Notes under the pieces: generated by a model
Seen by the model: only the letters and a program-made list of their open reading frames with translations
Told to the model about the DNA's origin: nothing
Databases searched by the model: none
Virus record (IMG/VR): IMGVR_UViG_3300034069_000448
Location: 1-42,962 of that record
DNA length: 42,962 bases
Reading direction: 5' to 3' (one strand)
Source: a virus
Shown: positions 31,602 through 40,785 of the stretch, piece after piece
Layout of the letters: each line of letters opens with the position of its first letter
Position numbering within the stretch: the first letter of the stretch is position 1
Made by a program: the position numbers and the translations under genes

Positions 31602-31774
31602 TGTTGCGGGTGCCAACCAACCCCGATGCACCGCGCATCCCCGAATGGGCGCGCAAGGTCGCAACCGCACTGAACGAGATGATCGGCCTCGTGGCGGAGC
31701 CGCAGGAAGGGCAAGTGCGCTACGCAAACGGTCGACTGGAGCATTATGAGGGCGGGACGTGGAAGGCGGTGTGA
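31601..31774 (+). CDS. Small hypothetical protein, 57 aa
   Basis: TAATG overlap start. Confidence 0.45.
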   Translation: MLRVPTNPDAPRIPEWARKVATALNEMIGLVAEPQEGQVRYANGRLEHYEGGTWKAV

Positions 31775-31817
31775 TGCTGTGGCGGAACCCTGCCGGTGAA
31801 GGTAGCTATCTCCTTCA

Positions 31818-32303
31818 GTGGTCCTTGATCCCCAAGGCAAGCCATTCGCGCGTACAGTCGGCCTCGTTCGTCAGGCAGCATACGTATTACCTACGCCGCC
31901 ACAGCAATTTGACACTACCATGCTGATCGGCATCTGGCCAGACGTTCAGCACACTCGCGAATGGGATCGCATCGTCCCGCTCCTGCAAGCCGCAGCAGAT
32001 CGCGGCGACGGCACAATATACCTCGACGGCCGGCAAGTATGGACCTGTCATGACGAGTGTGGTAACCTTCTTGCAGCCGCCACCACGCGTACAACGCTGG
32101 ACGGCCATTCCGAGGTGGAATTGGTCGGTGGTCACTCGTTCAAACGCTGGCTGATACCCCTCCGGGACAAAATTGAGGCTTGGTCTCGCGACGAAGGCAT
32201 GCGTGCCGTTCGCGCGTATGGCCGGCCAGGTTGGGCCAAGGTGCTCGGATGGCAGGTACTTGGGGTCGATAGCGGCTCTACGGTGTACGAGAGGCGGTTG
32301 TAG
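31818..32303 (+). CDS. Hypothetical protein with atypical codon usage (possible GNAT-like fold), 161 aa; start uncertain (GTG 31818 or ATG 31920)
   Basis: Track ORF. It has more A/T-ending codons than its neighbours and no strong SD sequence. Confidence 0.5.
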   Translation: MVLDPQGKPFARTVGLVRQAAYVLPTPPQQFDTTMLIGIWPDVQHTREWDRIVPLLQAAADRGDGTIYLDGRQVWTCHDECGNLLAAATTRTTLDGHSEVELVGGHSFKRWLIPLRDKIEAWSRDEGMRAVRAYGRPGWAKVLGWQVLGVDSGSTVYERRL

Positions 32304-33148
32304 TGGCGAAGAAGACCAGCAAATCTTCAACGGGGCCGTCCACTGCGGCGATGCCCTATATCACTGGCGCTTCGTCGGCGATCGGCGATGCGGTGGCGAA
32401 CAACGCCGGCAACTTGGCTGGTATCGGGTCGACCCTCACCAGCCAGTTCAACAACTACGCCGGCAACATGGGCGCAGGGCTACAGCCGGCGCAATCCTAC
32501 ACGTCGGATGTGCTTGGCGGGAAGTATCTGACCGGCAATCCCTACCTGCAAGGCCAGATCGACACGACGGCCAACGATGTGACGGATCGCGTGAATTCCA
32601 TCTTTGGCGCGGCTGGCCGCACGGGATCGGGCGCGCACACCGAAAGCCTGTCGCGCGGCCTTGCAGAGGCGGAGAACGGCCTCCGTTATCAGGATTACAG
32701 CGCGGAGCGCGCCCGACAAGACAGCGCCGTGGGGCAGTCGATCGGGCTCAATCAGGCGGGCAACGCCAACCTCGGCACGCTGCTACAGCTTGGCCAAGGG
32801 GCGGCGGAGTTGCCGTATCTCGGCGCGAATACGCTAGCACGGGGTTACGGTTCGCTGTGGGGTGGGGCAACGACTAGCGGCCAAACGCCTAGCACGGCTC
32901 AGTCTATTCAACAGGGCCTCGGAACGGCGTTGCAAGCCGCTGCGCTCTTCTCGGATCGCCGTCTGAAGGTCAACGTGCGGCGTGTGGGGACGCGGGATGA
33001 TGGCCTTGGCGTCTATGACTACCGCTATGCTTGGGGCGGACCTGTTCACCGTGGTGTGATGGCCGATGAGGTCGCTCGCGTTCGACCCGACGCGCTCGGA
33101 CCTATCGCGGCGGGGTATCGGACGGTCAATTACGAGGCACTGCGATGA
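32303..33148 (+). CDS. Virion protein with a C-terminal peptidase-S74 intramolecular-chaperone domain, 281 aa
   Basis: SDRRLKVNVRRVG...YDYRY...GVMADEVARVRPDAL...VNYEAL matches the SDxRLKxNI...GvmAqEv signature of self-cleaving tail-fibre chaperone domains. Confidence 0.7.
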   Translation: MAKKTSKSSTGPSTAAMPYITGASSAIGDAVANNAGNLAGIGSTLTSQFNNYAGNMGAGLQPAQSYTSDVLGGKYLTGNPYLQGQIDTTANDVTDRVNSIFGAAGRTGSGAHTESLSRGLAEAENGLRYQDYSAERARQDSAVGQSIGLNQAGNANLGTLLQLGQGAAELPYLGANTLARGYGSLWGGATTSGQTPSTAQSIQQGLGTALQAAALFSDRRLKVNVRRVGTRDDGLGVYDYRYAWGGPVHRGVMADEVARVRPDALGPIAAGYRTVNYEALR

Positions 33149-33789
33149 TCGGAGCCAATTTCGCGCGGCTTATTGGCGGTAACTCGCTCGCGCGACCAGA
33201 CTTCTACACGCCTCCATACGCACCAACACTTGGTCAAATCGGGGCTGAGCAAGGTTCGCCCATGTTGCCTGGGTCGCAGCCGACGATGGCTGCTAGCGAT
33301 GCGCAGCCAGCCACTCCCTTCAAGCTAAGCACAGCTGACAAGCTGGGGCTTTTTGGCGATGCACTCACGGGGCGTTCGATCTTTGCTCCGATGGTCAATG
33401 ACCGGCGCCAAGCATACGAGCAACAGCAAGCCGAAAAGCGCCGCGCCGCGACGGCGTTCGATCAGTGGCGGATGCAGCAGGATTATGAGCGGGCGAACCC
33501 GGCACCGCGCTATTTCGAGGCGAACAACGGCGATCAGTACCGCATCGGCGCGGACGGTCAGCCGCAGCGGGTGTTTCAAGACCCGACGCCGAAGGTCACG
33601 TGGACCTCTGTCGACCTTCCGAACGGTCAGAAGCAACTCATCCCGACGATCAATGGGCAGATCGTCGGTGGCAGCCAAGCGCCTGCCGCCGGTGCGCCGA
33701 CGCTGCCGCAGGGCTTCACGGTTCGACCCAAGGGAGGCGCGGCATCGCAAGCCGGCGCCCCTTTCCCGCTACGCCCTTCGACGCGGTGA
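33145..33789 (+). CDS. Virion-associated protein (N-terminal part of a possible frameshift fusion), 214 aa
   Basis: ATGA overlap start. Contains the slippery heptamer CCCTTTC at 33759..33765, 24 nt before its stop. Confidence 0.65.
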   Translation: MIGANFARLIGGNSLARPDFYTPPYAPTLGQIGAEQGSPMLPGSQPTMAASDAQPATPFKLSTADKLGLFGDALTGRSIFAPMVNDRRQAYEQQQAEKRRAATAFDQWRMQQDYERANPAPRYFEANNGDQYRIGADGQPQRVFQDPTPKVTWTSVDLPNGQKQLIPTINGQIVGGSQAPAAGAPTLPQGFTVRPKGGAASQAGAPFPLRPSTR

Positions 33790-34121
33790 TCGCGCAGGAG
33801 AGCGGCGGTCGGGCTGGTGTGACCGGGCCGCAGACCAAATGGGGCCGCGCGCAGGGTTTGGCGCAGTTGCTGCCGTCCACCGCGCAAGGTGTGGCGCGCA
33901 ATCTCGGCGTGCCGTGGAGGGCCGACCTGATGACCGGACGTACGCCTGAAGCGGCACAGTATCAGCGGGCGCTCGGCGAGGCGTATTTCGCGGAAGGGCT
34001 GAACCGCACGGGCAACTACTACGACGCGGCTCGCTACTACCACGGCGGGCCGAACCGGCGGCAGTGGGGACCGAAAACCAACGCTTATGCCGACGCGGTT
34101 CTCCGTCGGCTCGGGGGCTGA
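33786..34121 (+). CDS. SLT lytic-transglycosylase domain (virion muralytic enzyme); minimal GTG-initiated version, with homology extending upstream to about 33765 in this frame
   Basis: PFDAVIAQESGG...GLAQLLPSTA...YYHGG. This aligns with YWPMLAKIESGG...GLYQF of the 1157..1768 protein. GTGA overlap with the upstream stop. Confidence 0.7.
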   Translation: MIAQESGGRAGVTGPQTKWGRAQGLAQLLPSTAQGVARNLGVPWRADLMTGRTPEAAQYQRALGEAYFAEGLNRTGNYYDAARYYHGGPNRRQWGPKTNAYADAVLRRLGG

Positions 34122-34123
34122 GA

Positions 34124-36577
34124 ATGTACGAAGAAGGCGACATCGCAGACGGCCCGAACGGGCAAACGCTGGTCTATCGTGGTGGGCAGTGGGTGCCGAT
34201 GAGCGGCGGGCCGGCGCCGGTGACGATCGGTGCTCCTGACCCTACCGCGCAGTACGCTGCACCCAAAGCCGCGGTTGATTTGCAGGCGGCTCAGGCGGCA
34301 GCGGCTCGCGCGGCGGCTGCGGCACCAGTCCAACTTGCTACGCAGCAAGCGCAATTAGAAACCGCTCGACTAGCGGCGGAAAAGACGCGGCGCGAATTGG
34401 CGACGGCACCGAAGGCGGATACCGAACAGCGCGGACGAGCCGGCACCATCGACTCGTTAACCAACCAGATCAACGAGGTCGCGCGCCTTTACAACGCCGG
34501 CCCCGGCGCGACCTCGGGCATTGCGGGACTTGCTGACTACCTGCCGACCGCTGGCAATGCCGCGTTCGATGCCGCAGCGGTGTCACTCGAAGATCAGGCC
34601 GCAGCCGCCTTTCGCGTTCCAGGTTCCGGTTGGCAGTCGGACGCGGACGCCGCCCGTATCGCGGCCGCCAACAAGCCAAGCCGCTTCAATCGCGACGCCT
34701 TCACCAATCAGCAGCTTAGCCAGCTCCGGTCGCGCGTGGACACGATGCGTGCTGCGGCGGGACTTCCAGCGGCTCGGTGGTATGCCGATCCGGGGCAGGG
34801 ACAGCGCACGGTTGCCAGCGGCGCGACCAAGACGGTCACCGACGACAGCAAGGCGCCCGCCATCGCGGCGCTTCAGACGCTGTTGCGGTCCGGCGCCCCT
34901 GACGACCAGGTGCAGGCGGCTGCGGCGGCTCTCAGCGCCTCGCCCGAGTCCGTATCGCGTGCGCTGGAGTTCCGCCGCAAGAACCCCGGCTACAAGGGCA
35001 GCTACAACCTCGGCGCGCTTGGCACGCGTGAAGAAGCGACTACGGCGCGCGAGCGGATCGCGGGTTCCGCAGCGGGCGCCTTCACCTCTAACGCTCTGAA
35101 CGACGCGGCAGCGGGCATCCCCGGCGCGGTGTTGGGGACCGACGCCCTAGAGGCGCAACAGGCAGCGTTCCCGAACGCCTCGACCGCCGGCAGCTTAGTC
35201 GGCGGTGTAGCAGGCGCGGCCGGATTGGAGCTTGGGTTGGCGCGGGGCGCTACTCGTCTAGGCTTTAACGCTGCATCGCGTTGGCTGCCACGTGCCGCCG
35301 ACGCGACTTATGGTGGTATTCAGGGTGCCACGACGACAGGAACACCGGAGGGCGCTCTGCTTGGCAGCGTTGCCGGTGTGAGCGGCGGGATGCTGGGGCG
35401 TGGCGCTGCTCGAACAGCAGGGCGCGCTCTTCGCGGCGTGACCAACCCCGCCGTTCGCTACCTTGCTGACCAAGGCGTCAATCTGACCGTTGGGCAAACC
35501 GTGGGCGGCAGCGGGTTCGTCGGGCCGACCTTCAAGGCGATCGAGCAGCGTCTCAGCGGGCTGCCGGTCGTCGGAAGCGCAATCGGCCGTCGCTATCGTG
35601 AAGGCTTGGAGGGCTTCAATCGCCTTGGGAACGCAGAAGCGGTCGCGCCGCTGGCCGATCAGACAAACCCGCTAAATATCACTATTCCTGAGGTCGGGGA
35701 GCGAGGCGTAGAGGCCCTGCGCCAAGCAAACAGCGCCGGTTACGCGAATGCGGTCGGCGGTAGGTTCGCCACCGCTGATCCAACCTACGACGCAGCGTTC
35801 AACAACGCTCGAACCATGGCGAGCGCAATCCCAAACACCGGCCCGGCGGTAGCAGACGAACTCGACGCCGTGGTTCCCGGCTACTTCGCTGCGGGCAGCA
35901 TCAGCGGCGACAATGGCCGGGCGGCAGTAAGTGAGCTGCGGGCCCTCCGCCGCGCTCGAATGAATGACCCGCTCGGCAACCGCACCGGCAACGCCATCAG
36001 GCAAGCCGAAAACGCTGTCACGGACCTGTTTGAGCGCCAGTCGCCCGGGTTTACTGGCGACCTTGCCGCAGCCAACAGCGTGAACGGCAACGTCAAGACC
36101 ATCGAGACGGCAGTCCGCAACGCTGGTCGCAACGACGGCCTGTATTCGCCTGCGCAGCTTGACCGCGCCGCTCAGCAATCAGCGGCCCGATACGGTAACA
36201 ACGCTGCCACGACACAGCGCCCATTCTTCGACCTGGCGCGGGCTGGACAGGCAGTCCTCCCGAACACCATCCCGGACAGCGGCACGGCTGGCAGGCTTGC
36301 CACACTGGCACTGCCGGCTGCACTGACCGGAGCTGGCGCGGGCGCAGGCTACGCAGGAGGCGATGCTTCGACCGGGACCTACAGCGGTCTTGCGTTGGGA
36401 GCGTTGCTTACCGCTGGCGGCTCCCGCGGCGCTCAGCGGCTTGCCACGCGCGCGCTACTTAACCGTCCAGATGCTCTTATCCGCATTGGGAACCGCGTCT
36501 ATGACCGTGCCGCCTTGGGTGGCATGCTGGGGGCCGGCTTGGGCGCGAGCGGCGCGTCGATGCTTGCGGGTCGATAG
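34124..36577 (+). CDS. Large Ala/Gly-rich internal virion / ejection-type protein with C-terminal glycine-zipper hydrophobic segments, 817 aa
   Basis: ATG 2 nt after the SLT stop. C-terminal segments LALPAALTGAGAGAGYAGG, GLALGALLTAGG and GGMLGAGLGASGASMLAG. Confidence 0.7.
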   Translation: MYEEGDIADGPNGQTLVYRGGQWVPMSGGPAPVTIGAPDPTAQYAAPKAAVDLQAAQAAAARAAAAAPVQLATQQAQLETARLAAEKTRRELATAPKADTEQRGRAGTIDSLTNQINEVARLYNAGPGATSGIAGLADYLPTAGNAAFDAAAVSLEDQAAAAFRVPGSGWQSDADAARIAAANKPSRFNRDAFTNQQLSQLRSRVDTMRAAAGLPAARWYADPGQGQRTVASGATKTVTDDSKAPAIAALQTLLRSGAPDDQVQAAAAALSASPESVSRALEFRRKNPGYKGSYNLGALGTREEATTARERIAGSAAGAFTSNALNDAAAGIPGAVLGTDALEAQQAAFPNASTAGSLVGGVAGAAGLELGLARGATRLGFNAASRWLPRAADATYGGIQGATTTGTPEGALLGSVAGVSGGMLGRGAARTAGRALRGVTNPAVRYLADQGVNLTVGQTVGGSGFVGPTFKAIEQRLSGLPVVGSAIGRRYREGLEGFNRLGNAEAVAPLADQTNPLNITIPEVGERGVEALRQANSAGYANAVGGRFATADPTYDAAFNNARTMASAIPNTGPAVADELDAVVPGYFAAGSISGDNGRAAVSELRALRRARMNDPLGNRTGNAIRQAENAVTDLFERQSPGFTGDLAAANSVNGNVKTIETAVRNAGRNDGLYSPAQLDRAAQQSAARYGNNAATTQRPFFDLARAGQAVLPNTIPDSGTAGRLATLALPAALTGAGAGAGYAGGDASTGTYSGLALGALLTAGGSRGAQRLATRALLNRPDALIRIGNRVYDRAALGGMLGAGLGASGASMLAGR

Positions 36578-36639
36578 CTGGTGGATGCCCTCTAGCAAAG
36601 CGCCTTTGCACACGAGTACGAGGGCGATCGTGCCCGGCG

Positions 36640-37065
36640 TCAAAGGTACTTGACCACTAGAAGCTGTGAAGTGGTGTCGGTGATGACCTTTCCTGACATC
36701 CACCCGTTGTAGCCGCCACCACTCCCGGCAATGCCGCCTACAGCGTTTGACCCGGCGATCTGTCGGTCTTGCCCCATCAAGATCACGGCATCGCCGCCCG
36801 CATTCTTAACTTGCTTGGCGATGGACTTGCTACCGAGCGCTTGTCCCCTGAACGGCTTATTGCTGCGGGTGTCTGTTATGACGCCGAGCACTCGATAGCG
36901 TCGCGAGGGTGAGCCTGCCGTCCACCAATCGACCCCGTTCTTCGTAATACGCGTGCCGCCTCCACCTACTCGCTCAGCATTGGGGCCATCGTACTGCGCG
37001 AAGGTCACCCGCGCTGATAACGGCGAGGCAAACGCGAGAACAGCTGTAGCAACGAGAATGCGCAT
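36640..37065 (-). CDS. Secreted moron protein with a signal peptide, 141 aa
   Basis: It is the only minus-strand gene in the 21-kb structural block. The N-terminus MRILVATAVLAFASPLSA-RV is signal-peptide-like. The core YRVLGVI...IAKQVKNAGGDAVILM resembles DUF1471/YbjQ-like folds. Confidence 0.7.
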   Translation of the reverse strand: MRILVATAVLAFASPLSARVTFAQYDGPNAERVGGGGTRITKNGVDWWTAGSPSRRYRVLGVITDTRSNKPFRGQALGSKSIAKQVKNAGGDAVILMGQDRQIAGSNAVGGIAGSGGGYNGWMSGKVITDTTSQLLVVKYL

Positions 37066-37200
37066 CCGGCGATGCTATACCTGCCGCTGCTTCCCTGCAA
37101 ACCGATTCTCTTGCCCCCCGCCCCGCAATGATGTAGCGTGCCCGCCAACGTCGGAGGCTAATGCCCCACCGGCCTGAACTCTATTCAGGTGGTGGCACGC

Positions 37201-37530
37201 ATGGCGGTCAGTGACTGGTCTACGGACCCGACGAAGAACCTCAAGATCGACGGCGTGGACATCGCAGAAGGCTGCGATGCCGGCAATCTAAACGATGCCG
37301 TTCGCCGGGTCATGGCGGCGGTCAAGGCGCTATCCGACAGCCTGACCGAAGTCGATGCCATGCCGATCAGCGGCGGCGAGTTCACCGGCCAAATTAAGCG
37401 CAAGGGCCGTGGTGGCTACCTTCACAACGCGCCAAGCGACAGCACGGGCGGCGCGATCTACGTCATTACCGCAGGCAGCGCGCTTCCGAAAAGCCTCACC
37501 AACGGCGACTTCGTGGTCGAGATCGCATGA
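37201..37530 (+). CDS. Tail-fibre-associated protein, 109 aa
   Basis: MAVSDWSTDPTKN...IAEGCDAGNLNDAVRRVMAAVK is an N-terminal pattern that, from memory, is common in alphaproteobacterial phage fibre proteins. Confidence 0.6.
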   Translation: MAVSDWSTDPTKNLKIDGVDIAEGCDAGNLNDAVRRVMAAVKALSDSLTEVDAMPISGGEFTGQIKRKGRGGYLHNAPSDSTGGAIYVITAGSALPKSLTNGDFVVEIA

Positions 37531-37664
37531 AGGTCCGTTTTCAGAATGAGGCGCGAGAGATCGTCGCCGTCCGCATCGTCGTAGGCGGTGTCGCCAAGCC
37601 GGTCGCGCGCATCCGTCTTCAGCGGCCAGAAGGTCTCGCCATCGCGTTCGAGGCGGCGGCATGA
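37527..37664 (+). CDS. Small hypothetical protein, 45 aa
   Basis: ATGA overlaps at both ends. Confidence 0.4.
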   Translation: MKVRFQNEAREIVAVRIVVGGVAKPVARIRLQRPEGLAIAFEAAA

Positions 37665-40504
37665 GCTGGCACGCGCACGACGTAGCGATCAACGCGGCTT
37701 CAGGGCGCCCCATGGCGGGCGTGAAGGTGCAGGTCCTCCGTTCGGCTGATCTGTCGCCCGCCAACCTGTATTCAAACCGCACCGGAACGCCGCTCGCCAA
37801 CCCGGTCACGACTGACGCTGACGGCAACTACGATTTCTACATCGTCAACGGCACGTACGACCTGGAATTCCGGGTCGGATCGCAGCTCATCAAGGCGGTT
37901 CGCAGCCTGGAGCTGGTGAGCGTCTACGACGAACTCGACGCGCTGGAAGGCATGATCGGCGCGGACAAGTCACAGGTGGCGACCTTCACCACGACCGCCG
38001 GCCAGACCCGTTTTCCACCTTCCGGGCCGCTGATCGACGACCTCGGGTTTGAGTTCGACGGCTCGATCCGCAACGTCTTGGTGACGTTGAGCGGCACGAC
38101 GCTAAGCCCCACGCGAGACTTCGACTACGGCGGGGGCTCCGCTCCGGTCATCATGACCTCGCCACAGCCGGCGGGGCTGGACGTAGTGGTCGTCGGGCAG
38201 CCGCTGGTCGGAAAAGCCGCGCCACCAACCGGCGAGGGCGTACCTCTCCACTCCTACGCTGGTACTTCGATCGCTGAAGACCCGAACCGTTGGGACCACT
38301 CCAATGCGCAGCTTGCCGCCGCGCAGGCAGACACAACCGACCCAACCAGCCCGAACTTCGGCAAGTGGATCGATATCTACCCGTTCAAGGGTGAGGGTAA
38401 GCCCCATGACGACGAGGCAAACGGCGTTGTAAGCACCGTCACCGGTAAAGCTGTTCCAGCGAAATTTCTAGCGGCGCTTGGTGATACGCTGATCGATTGT
38501 TGGTCGCAGAACGGCGTCGTGCCGGATAACTACCCAACCGCTCCGATCTACGGTCAGAATCAGCAGCCTGGCAACCTCGTATCCGGTTCTCGCATCCGCA
38601 TCCTCGATGGCGCGCGTGTCCGGCGCGCGCCCCGTCCGAACGGCGGGAGTGTGTTGCGCCCGCTAATTTTCTGCGGCGACCCCAACCCGACATCTGCCAC
38701 GACGGTAAACGGCGTCGATACGCAAAGCGATGTATACCTGAATAACGAGATCGTGTGCGTCGGCTCGGGCTGTTTTCTGGGCGAGGTGCATCGCTGGAAA
38801 TACCGCGAGCATCATAACGACATCTCGCTGAATGGGTTTTCGGACTTTAGCACGGATACGATGCACCTCGGGCAGATGTCCGATGGCCCCTACGCGGGCG
38901 CCGGCAACGTCGGAGGTGGCAGCTACAACCGCCGCAACAAGCGGGGTCGCATTCGGTTCTGGGCTGACGGTCTGGATACAAATAACCGCAATGGTTGCTC
39001 AATCGTGTCCGGCGAGGACGTTGAAATCCTCGGCTATTCGCAAAACGTTGGCAAGGCCGGTGGTGCAGCGGCCCTTGATCCCGCCAACCCGGCGACGGGC
39101 GTCCCAGCTCCTGCGGGTGGTCTCGATTGCGAGCCGGACGTCAGCTTCACCACCGACCCGCATGTTCGCGACATTCGCGGGCATCTGACCGTCGTCAACA
39201 GCGGCGCAACCGGCGTCGCGCTCCTGCTGGGCAACAACAACAACTACCCGACGCCGACGCGGGGCTTCCGGCTCACTTGCGTCGCTTATAACTGCCAGCA
39301 CGGCGCGTTTTCGACCATCGGCGCCAACGATCAGCGCGTAGGATACGACGCCATCCTGACGGGCTCCGCGACCGACTGCTACAGGCCGTTCGAAATTCTC
39401 AGCGGACAGGAAATCACGCTTCAGAACTTCAAGGCGCTGCGATCGGCCGCGTCGGCGTACATCGGCTATTTCAGCCAGCGCCCGCAGGATTTCTGGCTCG
39501 ATAACGTCGTCCTCCAGGAATGCGGAAGGGCCGATACCGCGGCCGTTCAGGTGTTCGGGTGGAAGGGTGGTGGACGGCGCAACGTCACCGTCACCGATGG
39601 CGGAAATCGCGCTTACCACTACCTGAATGGCTTGCCGATTGAAGGACTGACGCTCGTCAACGACCTGTACCGCCGCACTGGTACGACAGGCGCTCCGGTT
39701 ATGACGTTCGGCGATTACGTCGACACCTCAAATGGCAGTGGCTTGGTGGTGCCGGGAAGCATCACGACGCAAGGTGCCAAGGTTGAGGGAGCAATCACCA
39801 ACTACCGCTGGGCGCCTCCCGGCTCGAAGGTATCGTCTGTCCCGATCGATGGCGCCTACAAGGCCAATCAGATCGTGTTCGCAGCGGATTGGTTGCCGCC
39901 CGGCTCCCCATTCTCGTGGCGGACTGTCGCTGCCAACGCGGCCGGAACGGTGCCCGCATTCGTGGTTCATCAAATCATGGGCGGGGCCAACCCGGACCCC
40001 TCCGTATCCGGGCTCCCGACGTTCACTCTGACCAACATGGTGGTGACCAACGGTCGCTTCACTGCCATGACGCAGAACGCCCGAGCGGTTTCCACGTCGA
40101 GCTACAACAGCTTCGACGTGCAGATGCGCGGTGTTTACCCCGGCTCTGGCACCGTTTATTTCGGGCTGTCGAAAGTCGCCAATCCCACCTCTACCGCACA
40201 GCTGTGGGGCGGCTGGTGGCTGGGCGATGACGGCCCGCCCGACGAACCGAAACGCGCCAAGCCCATTTACAATGGTGGCGCAGCGAACGCGACCCCGGCG
40301 TCGGTGCCTGAAGGCTACGATACGATTTTCCGGGTCACGGGCTCGACCGGCGCGGCGACACAGTTCGCGTTCCAGTACTCGACGGACAACGGCTCCACTT
40401 GGACAACGGCTTCCGCACCGAACGTCAACGTCGACTCCGCACCGCTCTACCCTGTCGTGTTCATCAACGCCCGGTCTGAAACCGGCCAGCTTCTGAGAGT
40501 GTGA
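37661..40504 (+). CDS. Tailspike-like protein (probable right-handed beta-helix), 947 aa
   Basis: Assigned from size, position and a Gly/Asn/Val-rich repetitive beta composition. No catalytic motif verified. Confidence 0.7.
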   Translation: MSWHAHDVAINAASGRPMAGVKVQVLRSADLSPANLYSNRTGTPLANPVTTDADGNYDFYIVNGTYDLEFRVGSQLIKAVRSLELVSVYDELDALEGMIGADKSQVATFTTTAGQTRFPPSGPLIDDLGFEFDGSIRNVLVTLSGTTLSPTRDFDYGGGSAPVIMTSPQPAGLDVVVVGQPLVGKAAPPTGEGVPLHSYAGTSIAEDPNRWDHSNAQLAAAQADTTDPTSPNFGKWIDIYPFKGEGKPHDDEANGVVSTVTGKAVPAKFLAALGDTLIDCWSQNGVVPDNYPTAPIYGQNQQPGNLVSGSRIRILDGARVRRAPRPNGGSVLRPLIFCGDPNPTSATTVNGVDTQSDVYLNNEIVCVGSGCFLGEVHRWKYREHHNDISLNGFSDFSTDTMHLGQMSDGPYAGAGNVGGGSYNRRNKRGRIRFWADGLDTNNRNGCSIVSGEDVEILGYSQNVGKAGGAAALDPANPATGVPAPAGGLDCEPDVSFTTDPHVRDIRGHLTVVNSGATGVALLLGNNNNYPTPTRGFRLTCVAYNCQHGAFSTIGANDQRVGYDAILTGSATDCYRPFEILSGQEITLQNFKALRSAASAYIGYFSQRPQDFWLDNVVLQECGRADTAAVQVFGWKGGGRRNVTVTDGGNRAYHYLNGLPIEGLTLVNDLYRRTGTTGAPVMTFGDYVDTSNGSGLVVPGSITTQGAKVEGAITNYRWAPPGSKVSSVPIDGAYKANQIVFAADWLPPGSPFSWRTVAANAAGTVPAFVVHQIMGGANPDPSVSGLPTFTLTNMVVTNGRFTAMTQNARAVSTSSYNSFDVQMRGVYPGSGTVYFGLSKVANPTSTAQLWGGWWLGDDGPPDEPKRAKPIYNGGAANATPASVPEGYDTIFRVTGSTGAATQFAFQYSTDNGSTWTTASAPNVNVDSAPLYPVVFINARSETGQLLRV

Positions 40505-40785
40505 TCATGAAGCCTGCCGCCCTATCCGCGACCGACAACGCGCTGGTCGACAAGTACCCCGAGGGCCTGATCGTGAGTGCCGATGGCGAAACGTTCGCTA
40601 GCATTCTCACCTATCTAAACCGGTGGGACGATCGACGCATCCGAGAGACACGGTACGAGGAGGTGCCGATCTACTGTTCGCTTGCACAGATACCCGGTGG
40701 GTTCGCGGTGCGGCGCCTGGATGGTCACGACCGCCGCGACGAAGCGACGGGGCAGTTCCTGTCACGAGAGGCCGCCCATGGCTGA
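40501..40785 (+). CDS. Hypothetical protein, 94 aa
   Basis: GTGA overlap start (or ATG at 40507). Confidence 0.55.
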   Translation: MIMKPAALSATDNALVDKYPEGLIVSADGETFASILTYLNRWDDRRIRETRYEEVPIYCSLAQIPGGFAVRRLDGHDRRDEATGQFLSREAAHG

